Shown here one piece after another: positions 37,281 to 50,085 of a stretch of DNA of 64,000 bases. Origin of the DNA: an uncultured Gemmatimonadales bacterium. GTDB taxonomy: Bacteria > Gemmatimonadota > Gemmatimonadetes > Gemmatimonadales > GWC2-71-9. A program made the position numbers and the translations under genes. Location: positions 1,856,001 through 1,920,000 of the forward strand of contig CAVUAK010000001.1 of NCBI GenBank assembly GCA_963739455.1. Direction: 5' to 3'. The notes under the pieces were generated by a model. It saw nothing but the letters and a program-made list of their open reading frames with translations. It did no database searches and was not told the origin of the DNA. The number at the start of each line of letters is the position of its first letter. The stretch's first letter is position 1.

Positions 37281-38507
37281 TCACTTCATGTCGAGTTGAA
37301 TCCAGCCATTGGCACCCAACTGGTCATTCAGCATGGTCCAATTGGTGCCGGCGTGATAGCGGCCCGTCACGGCGTCGGCGACGATGATACCGATGATGTC
37401 GTCGCCACTCGTGATGAAGCTGTAGATCGCCGCGAGAAGCTTGAAGAGGGAGGCGGCGGCTTCAATTTTCCCGTCGGTTCCCTTGGCACTCTTCAATTGA
37501 CCCGTGAAGGCCCCCGCTGCCGCGAGGAGCTTGCCCGCCCGGTCGGAGTTGGTCTTGATCTGGCACGCCGTGTCGTCATCCTCGTAGGCCATGATTGTGA
37601 ACGGGACACCCTTGTGGGCAACCGCCATCGCGTCAATCTGTGCCTTGGAGAACAGCAGCTGGCTACCGGTCCACACCTGGGAGTTGGTGTCCCATGCGTA
37701 CCCGAATGGTGCATGCTCGCCGATACATTGGAACGTGATGAGGTTGTCCTTGTCCCCCTTCGATGCCGGCCCCATGATGTGAATCTCATACTCGGGGTCG
37801 CCCTTCAACCAACCCTCAAATGACCCGGTGAATTCGACCCGGCTCATGTAAAGGCCAGGAGTAGGTGGAACCACGTAACCACCTGTGCCACCACCAATTT
37901 CGCCGCATGTAGCTTCCGTGCACTTGGCCGCGGCAATCCCTCGCGGGGCATCGAAATCCAGCTCCGCCGGCTCCACCGCCAGGACGGGGGTCGAGGGCGG
38001 GGTAGCGGCGCTCAGGACGATACGACGCCCGGCCAGGTCATAGGCGACTGGTGCGTCGCCGTCGCGCTCGGCGGTAGCCACCAGGACGTTCTCGTCGCCA
38101 GTCCAGGCGGTCCGGTGGCCCGGAACAGGGAAGTACATCTCCAGCGTGCCCGCCCGGGTCACCTCACCATCCACGTCGGCCTCCACCTCACCATCACCGG
38201 CGGCAAGCACGCGGAGGCCGCGGCCGCCATTCTCCTTCAGGTAGCGCTGGAACTGCACCTTGCCCTCGGGAAAGGTCGAACGATCGAGCGCGGCCTTGAC
38301 GTCGGCGCGGAACCCGGGATCCCGTAGCGCCCGCGCGGTGCGTCGTGCGAGGCGCTCGAGCCGCGCCTGTCCGGGGCGATTGCCGAGGGCCGCCGGGTCG
38401 ACAGCAGGGGCTGACTCCTCCGGCGCCGTGGGCGCCGAGGGTCGATCGGAACAGGCGGCGAGGCCGGCGGCGATCATGAGCGCCGGCCACAGGCGATTGA
38501 ACTGCAT
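37281..38507 (-). CDS. Lipoprotein, possibly DUF3103-like
   Basis: Lipobox LAAC; EGWLKGDPEYEI and YEDDD motifs resemble DUF3103; GGAGG RBS before ATG 38507. Confidence 0.6.
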   Translation of the reverse strand: MQFNRLWPALMIAAGLAACSDRPSAPTAPEESAPAVDPAALGNRPGQARLERLARRTARALRDPGFRADVKAALDRSTFPEGKVQFQRYLKENGGRGLRVLAAGDGEVEADVDGEVTRAGTLEMYFPVPGHRTAWTGDENVLVATAERDGDAPVAYDLAGRRIVLSAATPPSTPVLAVEPAELDFDAPRGIAAAKCTEATCGEIGGGTGGYVVPPTPGLYMSRVEFTGSFEGWLKGDPEYEIHIMGPASKGDKDNLITFQCIGEHAPFGYAWDTNSQVWTGSQLLFSKAQIDAMAVAHKGVPFTIMAYEDDDTACQIKTNSDRAGKLLAAAGAFTGQLKSAKGTDGKIEAAASLFKLLAAIYSFITSGDDIIGIIVADAVTGRYHAGTNWTMLNDQLGANGWIQLDMK

Positions 38508-38610
38508 AGGCACCTCCAGGAAGTGGGCCTGCGTCGGCATGACGCAGGCGCGCACACAGTGCGGGATGGGCACGAGCCCACCGGCATCGGGGAAGTGCGG
38601 TCAGGAACGG

Positions 38611-38633
38611 AAAAACCGCCGGGGAGGCGGTTT
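38611..38633 (-). terminator. Rho-independent terminator of the TPR-to-permease operon
   Basis: Minus strand AAACCGCC-TCCCC-GGCGGTTTTT, about 28 nt after the permease stop. Confidence 0.6.
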
Positions 38634-38660
38634 GGGGTGCGACGGGAACGTCCGGCGGCA

Positions 38661-40382
38661 CTACGCGTCGATCTCGCGGATCCGCTTGAGCCCGATGCGC
38701 AGCGCGATCAGGGTGCTCGCGAGGCACAGCACCGCGGACGCCGCGAAGAAGAGTGCCATCGACAGGTCGATCTCCAGCGGGACCCCGGCCTGGTTGGCCC
38801 GCACGAACTGCAGGACAGGCCGCGCCTCGAGCGCGATGACCACGCCCAGCAGGCACACACTCGCCATCATGTACACCAATCCGCCGAAGCTCGTCGGGAT
38901 CTGGGCGGCGTTCTCGGTGTCGAACTGCGGAAAAAGGGTACCGAAGCACAGCGCGAGGGCACTCGTCGCCAGCGTGTAGAGCGTGATGGTCCCGATGCTC
39001 ACGGCCATCATGAACGGCGATGCCTGCAGCAGCACGTTGGTGACGCCGGTGATGATCAGTGCCAGGACCAGCAGCGGAATCGTGCCCGTCCAGTACTTGC
39101 TCCACATCAGCGCCTCGAGGTCGAGCGGACTCGAACAGAGCAGCCACAACTGCTTGCCCTCGAGCGACACCGACGGGAACACGAAGCGTGCTGCGATGGC
39201 GGCGAGGACGAACCCGGCGAGGGCCAGGTTCAGGAAGACCACCATCGTCACCAGCAGCACCGACACGCGCTCACCGGTGAAGAGCGGCAGCGCGCGGATG
39301 TTGAAGATGTAGACCAGGAGGAGCACGGCGAGCAGGATGAGCTGGCTCCACTGCGTCGTATCGCGGAAGAACAGCAGCACGTCCTTCACGATGAATTCGC
39401 GCTTGGCCACCGGCAGGCCGCGCAGGACCCTGGATGCGAAGCGCGGCCAGTGCTTGCCCCGCACATACTGCTCGGCGCCTTCCTGCGCCTTGGTGAAACC
39501 GTTCCGGTAGAGCCGCTTGTGCGCCAGGGCGCCGAGCACGACGAACACCCCGGCCGTGCTCCATAGCAGCACGATCGGCAGCGGATCTGCGACCCGGTTG
39601 AGCCAGTTCATGATGATGTCCGCCGTCCACTCGGTCGGCAGGAACGGGCTTGTCGGGCTCTGCAGCGCGCCCAGGAAGTCCACCAGGTTCCTGAATCCCT
39701 CGGGACGCGCCAGTCGCTCCGGCTGCAGCACGCGAAGCGTGACCACCACGATCGCCATGGCGCCAATGGCAACGAGGCTCAGCAGGTCGCGGGTGCGGCG
39801 GGCAGGAAAGACATTCACGAGCACCAGCGTGATCACCGCCCCGATGACGCCGGGCAGCAGCAGGAAGGGCACGAACGCACCGAGCGCCACCAGCCAGAAC
39901 CATGGCCCACCGTCGTACACGATGCCGTAGGCGGTGAAGATCGGGATCGCCAGCAGCGCCACCATCCATGATGAGTGCGCCACCGTCTCGCCCAGCTTTG
40001 CCAGGTAGAGCCGCAGCCAGTCGATCGGGGCTGCTATGAGCATGTCGAGGTCCTTCGCGAGGAAGAACGTCGAGAGTGCGGTGACCAGGTTGGACAGCAG
40101 GAGGATCGACGCAAAGGCGAGCAGGATGACGCCGAGCATCTTCTGCGGCAGGAAGCTGCCGATTTCCGGCGCGCTCCGGGCATACAGCAGAACCCGGTAC
40201 GCCACCGTGAACACTGCGGACCAGAACCCGGCCGCCACCAGCGCGAGCAGGAGCAGCTTGACCGGCGTCCCCGAACGCTCCTCGCGCGCGCGCGCGAGTG
40301 CGGTGCGCCACTTCGGCAGCAGCACCGTGCGGACCCCCGGATCGGGGACCGGTGCCACGAGGACTTCAGCGGTCGAGGACAT
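38661..40382 (-). CDS. ABC-2-type multi-TM permease
   Basis: More than 12 TM segments; DLDMLIAAPI...K and SLEG..LWLL.SSPL....K motifs; follows the ATPase. Confidence 0.85.
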   Translation of the reverse strand: MSSTAEVLVAPVPDPGVRTVLLPKWRTALARAREERSGTPVKLLLLALVAAGFWSAVFTVAYRVLLYARSAPEIGSFLPQKMLGVILLAFASILLLSNLVTALSTFFLAKDLDMLIAAPIDWLRLYLAKLGETVAHSSWMVALLAIPIFTAYGIVYDGGPWFWLVALGAFVPFLLLPGVIGAVITLVLVNVFPARRTRDLLSLVAIGAMAIVVVTLRVLQPERLARPEGFRNLVDFLGALQSPTSPFLPTEWTADIIMNWLNRVADPLPIVLLWSTAGVFVVLGALAHKRLYRNGFTKAQEGAEQYVRGKHWPRFASRVLRGLPVAKREFIVKDVLLFFRDTTQWSQLILLAVLLLVYIFNIRALPLFTGERVSVLLVTMVVFLNLALAGFVLAAIAARFVFPSVSLEGKQLWLLCSSPLDLEALMWSKYWTGTIPLLVLALIITGVTNVLLQASPFMMAVSIGTITLYTLATSALALCFGTLFPQFDTENAAQIPTSFGGLVYMMASVCLLGVVIALEARPVLQFVRANQAGVPLEIDLSMALFFAASAVLCLASTLIALRIGLKRIREIDA

Positions 40383-41124
40383 GACCCAGTTCAAGCGTGG
40401 AGACGCCACCGGTCAGCCGAAGGAAGAGATCCTCGAGGCTCGCGTCGCCTGCGGCAAACTGGTGCCGCAGCTCGGCCATCGTGCCGCACGCGACGATCTT
40501 GCCGCCCTGGATGATCCCGATGCGATCGCACATGTCCTCGGCCACCTCGAGCGTGTGCGTGCTCATGAGGATCGTACCGCCGCGCTGGGTGAATTCCTTG
40601 AAGAGGTCCTTCAGCAGGCGCGCGCTCTTCGGGTCGAGGCCGACCATCGGTTCGTCGACGACGATCACCTCGGGCTGGTGTATCAGCGCGCTCGAGATGA
40701 TCAGCTTCTGCCGCATGCCATGGCTGTACGACTCGGTGAGCTCGTCCTTCCACGGCGCGAGGTCGAAAAGCCTGAGCAGCTCATCCATGCGCCGCTCGAT
40801 GACCGGGCCTTCCTGCCCGTACAGTGCCGCAACGAACCGCAGGAACTCGGCGCCGGTCAGCTTGTCGTACACAAACGGGCGATCGGGGATGAAACCCATC
40901 CGCGTCTTCGCCTTGCGAGGCTTCCGTTCCAGGTCGTCCCCACCGATCTCGACCACGCCGCTCGTCGGCTTGAGGATGCCCGCGATCATCCGGAGCGTCG
41001 TCGTCTTCCCGGCGCCGTTGGGGCCGAGAAAACCGAACAGTTCGCCAGATGGCACCTCGAGATCGATGCCATCGACGGCCGTGAAACTGCCGTACCGCTT
41101 GGTCAGGTTCGTGAGACGTATCAT
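40366..41124 (-). CDS. ABC transporter ATP-binding protein
   Basis: GPNGAGKTT, YSHGMRQK, VVDEPMVGLDP, STH. Confidence 0.95.
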   Translation of the reverse strand: MIRLTNLTKRYGSFTAVDGIDLEVPSGELFGFLGPNGAGKTTTLRMIAGILKPTSGVVEIGGDDLERKPRKAKTRMGFIPDRPFVYDKLTGAEFLRFVAALYGQEGPVIERRMDELLRLFDLAPWKDELTESYSHGMRQKLIISSALIHQPEVIVVDEPMVGLDPKSARLLKDLFKEFTQRGGTILMSTHTLEVAEDMCDRIGIIQGGKIVACGTMAELRHQFAAGDASLEDLFLRLTGGVSTLELGHVLDR

Positions 41125-42635
41125 CGAGTCTTCAGCCGAGTCAGCCGTTCGGGTGCGAGCGACGCAGTGAGCGGCACGAGGTAGAGTGGGTCCGCCGGGG
41201 CGTCGGCGATCAATCTGACGTATCCCGCCCCGGCAGGGAACGTGCCGAAGGTGGGGTCGGCCGGAACCCAGCCTCCCAGCTTCACTTCCGCCCAGGCGTG
41301 GCGGGCCCAGCCGCGCTCCTGTGCCACGATCCCCGCAACAGGTCGCGCCTCCAGGCCCACGCTGCGGGCCAGTGCCACGAACAGGATGGCCCGATCGGAT
41401 ATATCACCCTTCCGGGTCCGGAGTGCACGGCGACTGTTGGGGATCGCCGGATTCGGCGCCGACTTCACTTCCGTCGCCACCCACGCCGCGAGGCGTTCCA
41501 CCCGCCGTCGCTGGTCCGGCTCTCCTGCGATGATCTGCTCCGCCTGAATGCGCACCGCGTGGTCGTTGCCCGGCACCAGCGCCTCGATGGTTCCGGCCGT
41601 GCCGATGCTGCGGCCGGTGGTGGCGGTGTCGAGCGCGGTGAAGAGGGTGTCGGTGGAGAGCCACTGACTGCCGCCGGACAGGTCGGCCCGGGCCCAACCG
41701 GCGGTGTCCTGCTGCACCCGCGCGAGTCGCACAAGCATGGATTGCATGCCGGGTGGCCTCGACGTGAGCATCGCACTGGCAGGACTTTGCGCCTCACCGC
41801 GCGCGCCATTGGCGAACGCCTGACGATAGGCATTCGTGGCGATCTCGAAGGGCTGGCGCTCGGCGACGAGGCCCGGCAGCAGTTCACCCATCACCGGGAG
41901 CCCGTCCTCGTCCACCCAGAGCGTCACCGGAGGACCGTCGCCCTGGCGGCGGATCTGCCAGGCTCGCAGCGTGTCATACCGGTTCGATTCCCAGAGTCCG
42001 GTGGCGGGGTTGATGGCCGCGCTGTCAGGCACCACCAGCGTGGAATCGGAGAGCACCGCAACGTCCACCTGGACCAGCGCGCGACGTAGTGGATCGAGCA
42101 GCTCAAGCTTGCGCAGCATGCCGGTCCTCGGCGACCGGGTTGCCACCACCAGAAGCGGCAGTGAGGAAGGTGGCGCGGCAATGCCCTGTCGCGCTCCAAC
42201 CGTGTCCGCCCGGCCCGCGCGACCTTCGGGGCCCGCCTGCCAGCTGATCGCGGAATCACCCAGCCGAGTCGCGCGGATCTCGGTGCGCTCGCCCGATTGG
42301 CTTCGCGACACCACGACGCCGAGAAGCCCGAGACTGCGATCGAAAGTTGTGCGCGTGCGCTGGACGACGCGAAGGACGGTGTCGGCATCGGGAAGCCGAA
42401 GGTCGATCTGCTCCGTCACGTCGATCGTGGAGAGGGTGGTGTCGAGCGTGAGCGACGCGAAGCCCACGGTGCTCCCGGCAACACTGAGTGTGTAGTAGGC
42501 GGCGGTGGGTGAGATCCTGGCGATGACCGGCACCGCGCGCCGGCTGGCACTTGGGAACCAGGTGCGCTGCGCAAGCCATGCGAGCGACCCGATCCAGGCC
42601 ACGAAGATGATGATCCCGACCGTCCGCCGATTCAG
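41121..42635 (-). CDS. Membrane-anchored transglutaminase-like protein lacking the catalytic Cys
   Basis: C-terminal GDISDRA.LF.ALARS.G..AR...HAWAEV...W..ADPT; start uncertain (CTG 42635 overlapping the upstream TGA gives NRRTVGIIIFVAW; alternative GTG 42602). Confidence 0.78.
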   Translation of the reverse strand: MNRRTVGIIIFVAWIGSLAWLAQRTWFPSASRRAVPVIARISPTAAYYTLSVAGSTVGFASLTLDTTLSTIDVTEQIDLRLPDADTVLRVVQRTRTTFDRSLGLLGVVVSRSQSGERTEIRATRLGDSAISWQAGPEGRAGRADTVGARQGIAAPPSSLPLLVVATRSPRTGMLRKLELLDPLRRALVQVDVAVLSDSTLVVPDSAAINPATGLWESNRYDTLRAWQIRRQGDGPPVTLWVDEDGLPVMGELLPGLVAERQPFEIATNAYRQAFANGARGEAQSPASAMLTSRPPGMQSMLVRLARVQQDTAGWARADLSGGSQWLSTDTLFTALDTATTGRSIGTAGTIEALVPGNDHAVRIQAEQIIAGEPDQRRRVERLAAWVATEVKSAPNPAIPNSRRALRTRKGDISDRAILFVALARSVGLEARPVAGIVAQERGWARHAWAEVKLGGWVPADPTFGTFPAGAGYVRLIADAPADPLYLVPLTASLAPERLTRLKTR

Positions 42636-43135
42636 GAGCGGTACTTCCTGATCGCGGCGTCCACGGTCGTGCGCTCTTCCTCACTGTCGACGACGATGCG
42701 GAGGGTGTGGGGCGCGCCGGTTGCCCCCTCCTTGCCTGGAAAGCTCTCGCCGAGCAGTTCGGCGGCGTCCTCAATGGAGAGTCGCCCGGGCCCCACACCA
42801 ATCAGTGGCGCGGCGATCCGTTCCAGTTGCCAGGCGGCTGCCTGCTGCCACGCGGTGCGGAGCGCCCGGCGTATGACGTCGAGGCCCCCCGATCCGTCAG
42901 CATCCTGGAGAACGAGGTGCACGACCAGGGGCGCGGAGAGATCCCCACCGCCCGTCACCACCACGGCCCCGGCGCCGAGCGGCGACTGCACCTGGCAGAG
43001 CGTAGCAAAGCGAGCCCCGGCCTGGAGGTCGAGGCGCTTCATCGCCGGGGTGAGTGGAGCGAGGGTATCGTCGGCCGGTCGGAGGACGGCATCAGCCTCC
43101 ACGAAGGCGAGGTCGTCGACCACCACCTCGATCAT
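42632..43135 (-). CDS. Degenerate macro-domain protein
   Basis: IEVVVDDL...ADAVLRPAD, GAVVVTGGGDL..PLVVH, IAAPLIGVG. Confidence 0.7.
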   Translation of the reverse strand: MIEVVVDDLAFVEADAVLRPADDTLAPLTPAMKRLDLQAGARFATLCQVQSPLGAGAVVVTGGGDLSAPLVVHLVLQDADGSGGLDVIRRALRTAWQQAAAWQLERIAAPLIGVGPGRLSIEDAAELLGESFPGKEGATGAPHTLRIVVDSEEERTTVDAAIRKYRS

Positions 43136-43929
43136 GGCGCGCTGAGTTCCTTGCTGCGCCGGTACATTGGCATCGCTTCGTCCGGACGTCCCATCCGGTC
43201 GAGCACCCGGCCCATCAGGTAGAAGACACGATCGTTCCGGTCATCCAGCTCGGCCGACTTCCGCAGTGCCTCCAGGGCGGCCGGCAGGTTGCCTGCCTGG
43301 TTCCGCGCTTCGCCAACGTAGAGCCAGGTCTCAGCGTCATCGGGGCGCTGTTCCACCCTGCGCATGAGGATCTGGCCGGCTTCGGCGGCGAGTCCCTTTC
43401 GCAGGAGCACCAGCCCCAGTTCCATCAGGGCATCAGGGTTGGATGGACTGGCCTTGAGCACGCGACGCACATCGGTCTCTGCCTCGGCGAGATCCTTACG
43501 CCGCCGGCGGACACCGGCGCGGGCCAGGAGCACTTCGGGGTTGTCCGGATGAAGCTTGAGTGCGGCTGCCAGCGCGTCGAGCGCGCCGGGGACATCCTGC
43601 TGTGACTCGAGCAGTGCAGCGAGGCCGAGGGCGCCGCCGACGTGGGCCGGGTCGAGGGCGAGGAGTTCACGGAACAGGGCGTCCGCTTCTGAGGCGCGGG
43701 CCTGCTCCACCGCCTCGAGGGCGCGCTGGTAGACGCGGGCTGGATCGATCGGTTCGCTGCTGGGCGCCTCGACCCGGGCATCGGGTGTGGCGCTCGCGGC
43801 GAAGGGACGGAGCGGAAAGCTGGCATCGGGCTGGCGCGGAAGCGGGTCCGCTTCGAGGCCTTCCGTGCCGAAGAATTCGTCGATGGCGTGTTCGCGACCA
43901 CTGCTGCGGCTGTGACGGGTCCGGCGCAT
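43132..43929 (-). CDS. Tetratricopeptide-repeat protein
   Basis: About six TPR units (LLALDP, LKLHPDNPE, ASPSNPDA, RPDDAE, LDDRN). Confidence 0.85.
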   Translation of the reverse strand: MRRTRHSRSSGREHAIDEFFGTEGLEADPLPRQPDASFPLRPFAASATPDARVEAPSSEPIDPARVYQRALEAVEQARASEADALFRELLALDPAHVGGALGLAALLESQQDVPGALDALAAALKLHPDNPEVLLARAGVRRRRKDLAEAETDVRRVLKASPSNPDALMELGLVLLRKGLAAEAGQILMRRVEQRPDDAETWLYVGEARNQAGNLPAALEALRKSAELDDRNDRVFYLMGRVLDRMGRPDEAMPMYRRSKELSAP

Positions 43930-44020
43930 GCGCTGATACGTGCTCCAACTGCTGGGTAGGTACTCTCCGGAATCTTAGCCGCTTGAAGCGGTTGCCGGGT
44001 TCGGGTAGCTTTCGGGGCTT

Positions 44021-46874
<2,854 letters not shown>

Positions 46875-46934
46875 GGCGCCCAGCGTTAGCCTTCCGCCGT
46901 TGTGGTTCCGTTTCCAACCCTTACAGCCCAGCCC

Positions 46935-49196
46935 GTGACCCGATTCCAGCGCATCCTCTACGCCGCCTGCACGTTGGCCCTCGTCTCCGCGCCGCTCGCC
47001 GCGCAGACAGACCCGTCACTGCTCAGTGTCCGGAGCATCTACGCATCGCCCGACTTTGCCGGCGAGCGCTTCGGCCCGACTCGCTGGCTGGAGAACGGCG
47101 CCGCATACACCACGCTCGAGAAGTCGGAGCAGGGCAAGGGCCGCGACATCGTTCGGTACGCCACCGAGTCGGCGGCGCGGACGGTGCTGGTGCCGGCGGC
47201 AGCGATCACGGCACCCGGAGACACGGCGGCCCTCGATATCGAGGACTACAGCTGGTCCCCTGATGGCACCAAGCTGCTGATCTTCACCAACTCGCAGCCG
47301 GTGTGGCGGCAGAACAACCGGGGTGACTACTGGGTGCTCGACCGCACCTCCGGGAGCCTGCGGAAGCTGGGAGGGCCCGAGGCCAAGCCGTCGACCCTCC
47401 TCTTCGCCAAGTTCTCGCCTGACGGCGGCCGCATCGGCTATGTGCGCGAGAACAACATCTACGTCGAGAACCTCACCACCGGCGCGATCACGCAGGTGAC
47501 GACGGACGGCGCGAAGATGGTCATCAACGGCACCTTTGACTGGGTGTACGAAGAGGAACTCGACCTGCGCGACGGCTGGCGCTGGAGTCCCGATGGCCAG
47601 CGGATCGCCTACTGGCAGTTGAATACTGATGGTGTGCTGAGCTTTGACATCATCAATGACACCGATTCACTCTACTCCTTCGTGACGCCGGTGCAGTACC
47701 CCAAGGCCGGTGAGACCAACTCCGCGGCGCGCGTGGGGGTGGTGGGCGCGGCAGGCGGCACCACGGTGTGGCTGCCGTTCGAGGGCGATCCACGCGAGCA
47801 CTACCCGGCCCGCATGGAGTGGGCGGACAACTCGAGCGAGCTTGTCGTGCAGCGCCTCAATCGCCTGCAGAACACGCTCGAGTTGTTCCTCGCCGACGCG
47901 TCCACCGGCCAGCTGCGCACCATCCTCACGGAGCGCGACAGTACCTGGGTGAACCTGGTGAACGACCTGACCTGGCTGAACAAGGGGCAGAGCTTCACCT
48001 GGCTCAGTGAGCGGGACGGCTGGAATCACCTGTACCTCGTGTCGCGTAACGGACAGTCGGTCAAGCTGCTCACGCCCGGCGCCTTCGATGTGCTCGACGT
48101 CGTCACCATCGATGACAAGGGTGGCTGGGCCTACTACATGGCGTCACCCGACAACCCGACGCAGCGCTACCTGTGGCGCGTGCGGCTCGACGGCAAGGGC
48201 AAGGCCGAGCAGGTGACGCCGGCTTCTCTCGCGGGCGTAAACATCTACAACATCTCGCCGGACGTGGCGCACGCGTGGCATACGTACTCCAACATGCGCA
48301 CGCCGCCCACGATCGACCTGGTCCGTCTCCCGGCTCATGTGTCGGTGCGGACTGTGGTGACCAACGAGAAGCTGAAGGCCAAGGTGGCGGCCTTGAAGCG
48401 CGGAACCCTCGAGTTCGTGAAGGTGCCGATCGACAGCGGCATCGTGCTCAACGGATACATCATGAAGCCGGCCGACTTCGACCCGTCGAAGAAGTATCCC
48501 ATCCTGTTCCAGGTATACGGGGGCCCTGGCTCGCAGACCGTGGTCGATTCCTGGCAGGGTGCCCAGTACCTGTGGCATACGATGCTCACGCAGCAGGGTT
48601 ACCTCGTCGCAAGCGTCGACAACCGTGGCACTGGTGCGCGTGGGAAGGCGTGGCGCGACGTGATCTACGGCCAGCTCGGTGTAGTCGAAACGAAGGACCA
48701 GGCTGCGGCCGCGAGGGCGGTGGGACGCTGGAGTTACGTGGACTCCACCCGCATCGGCATCTGGGGCTGGAGTTATGGCGGCTTCATGAGCCTCAATGCC
48801 CTCTTCCAGCACCCTGAGGTGTATCGCACCGCAGTGGCGGTAGCGCCGGTGACGCACTGGAAGTATTACGACAACATCTATACGGAGCGGTACAACGGGC
48901 TCCCGAAGGACAACCAGAAGGGCTACGACGCCGGATCACCGCTCTCCTATGTGGACGGCCTGAAGGGCAACCTGCTGGTGATCCATGGCAGCGGTGACGA
49001 CAACGTGCACTACCAGAACACCGAGTCGCTGGTCAACAAGCTTGTCTCGGCGAACAAGCAGTTCTCCATGATGGAGTATCCCAACCGGAATCACGGGATC
49101 TTCGGCGGCAACACGCGACAGCACCTGTTCGACCTCATGACCCGGTACCTGCAGGAGAACCTGATGGCCCCAACGGCGAAGAACTACACCTTCTGA
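46935..49196 (+). CDS. Dipeptidyl peptidase IV (S9B family)
   Basis: Signal peptide; DWVYEEE, YPKAG, GWSYGG nucleophile, DDNVH, NHG catalytic His. Confidence 0.93.
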   Translation: MTRFQRILYAACTLALVSAPLAAQTDPSLLSVRSIYASPDFAGERFGPTRWLENGAAYTTLEKSEQGKGRDIVRYATESAARTVLVPAAAITAPGDTAALDIEDYSWSPDGTKLLIFTNSQPVWRQNNRGDYWVLDRTSGSLRKLGGPEAKPSTLLFAKFSPDGGRIGYVRENNIYVENLTTGAITQVTTDGAKMVINGTFDWVYEEELDLRDGWRWSPDGQRIAYWQLNTDGVLSFDIINDTDSLYSFVTPVQYPKAGETNSAARVGVVGAAGGTTVWLPFEGDPREHYPARMEWADNSSELVVQRLNRLQNTLELFLADASTGQLRTILTERDSTWVNLVNDLTWLNKGQSFTWLSERDGWNHLYLVSRNGQSVKLLTPGAFDVLDVVTIDDKGGWAYYMASPDNPTQRYLWRVRLDGKGKAEQVTPASLAGVNIYNISPDVAHAWHTYSNMRTPPTIDLVRLPAHVSVRTVVTNEKLKAKVAALKRGTLEFVKVPIDSGIVLNGYIMKPADFDPSKKYPILFQVYGGPGSQTVVDSWQGAQYLWHTMLTQQGYLVASVDNRGTGARGKAWRDVIYGQLGVVETKDQAAAARAVGRWSYVDSTRIGIWGWSYGGFMSLNALFQHPEVYRTAVAVAPVTHWKYYDNIYTERYNGLPKDNQKGYDAGSPLSYVDGLKGNLLVIHGSGDDNVHYQNTESLVNKLVSANKQFSMMEYPNRNHGIFGGNTRQHLFDLMTRYLQENLMAPTAKNYTF

Positions 49197-49210
49197 CCAG
49201 GGGGAGTCTC

Positions 49211-49426
49211 GTGCAGTACCAGGAGATCCTCGCAGTCCTGTCCTACGCCGGAGACCACGGTCATGCGGTGCGGGTAACGACCGACGGTGCCGCCGAGGTG
49301 GTTGGGGTGCCCACCAGCGTCGACGACCACATCACGGCCCATGAGGTCTATCTCCGGCCTGCCGGGGCCGAGGATACCGAAATCTCAATCTCCCTCAGCG
49401 CCATACGGGCGGTCCAGCTGTTGTAG
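49211..49426 (+). CDS. Small hypothetical protein (71 aa)
   Basis: GGGGAG RBS before GTG; normal codon usage; beta-strand-like pattern. Confidence 0.55.
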   Translation: MQYQEILAVLSYAGDHGHAVRVTTDGAAEVVGVPTSVDDHITAHEVYLRPAGAEDTEISISLSAIRAVQLL

Positions 49427-49444
49427 CTTTCGCATGTAGCGAAC

Positions 49445-49471
49445 TGAAACATTTGAAACATGCCCCACGTA
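49445..49471 (+). promoter_or_regulatory. Candidate ECF-sigma promoter of the paralog array
   Basis: TGAAAC (49445-49450)-N17-CGTA (49468-49471), SigW/SigM-like. Confidence 0.5.
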
Positions 49472-49536
49472 TCGTGGGGGCGGACAGGACAGGTCGACCT
49501 GCCCGCGACCCGGACGCACCAGCTCAAGGCGGAACG

Positions 49537-49794
49537 ATGGAAGGCATTCTCGCCATCATCTTCATTTTCGGCGGCGGCACGATGTTCCTGCTTGCCACCA
49601 GTCCGATAGGCAAGGCCATCGCCGAGCGCATCCGGAATGCCGGACCTGCGGCGGGCGCCGACCCGGAACTGCTTGCGGACGTGGACGCCCTGCGGCACGA
49701 TGTCGCGGAACTGGCGGAGCGCCTGGACTTTGCGGAGCGCCTGCTCGCGTCGAAGCGGGAGAACATCGAGCAGCTTCCCGGGGGACAGGGTTAG
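49537..49794 (+). CDS. PspB-like small membrane protein, copy 1
   Basis: TM, PIGKAIAERI, ELAERLDFAERLL. Confidence 0.8.
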   Translation: MEGILAIIFIFGGGTMFLLATSPIGKAIAERIRNAGPAAGADPELLADVDALRHDVAELAERLDFAERLLASKRENIEQLPGGQG

Positions 49795-49800
49795 GTCGTC

Positions 49801-50085
49801 ATGGAAGACATCGTCAAGTTCGGTCTGGTCGTCGCGATGCTGCTGGCCGTCGGGACGTTTACGCTGTTCATGATCCCGGTTTTCCTCCGGAACTACCGCA
49901 AGGCTGGTATGGTGGGGCGGGAACCCGGCGAGGAGCTCGATGCGCTGCGCGCGGAAGTCGACGACCTGCGGGCCCTGGCTCCCCGCATGGCCGAGCTGGA
50001 GGAGCGCCTCGATTTCGCCGAGCGGATGTTGACGCAGCAGCGCGAGGGCGCGCACCTGACGGGAGGGCCCGATGCCGCCAGGTGA
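49801..50085 (+). CDS. PspB-like small membrane protein, copy 2
   Basis: TM, coiled coil, ELEERLDFAERML. Confidence 0.8.
   Translation: MEDIVKFGLVVAMLLAVGTFTLFMIPVFLRNYRKAGMVGREPGEELDALRAEVDDLRALAPRMAELEERLDFAERMLTQQREGAHLTGGPDAAR

Noticed and set aside
42632..43929. Macro plus TPR genes as an anti-phage system (Thoeris/DarTG-like)
   Set aside because: There is no SIR2, TIR or ADP-ribosyltransferase partner, the codon usage is host-like and the context is housekeeping.
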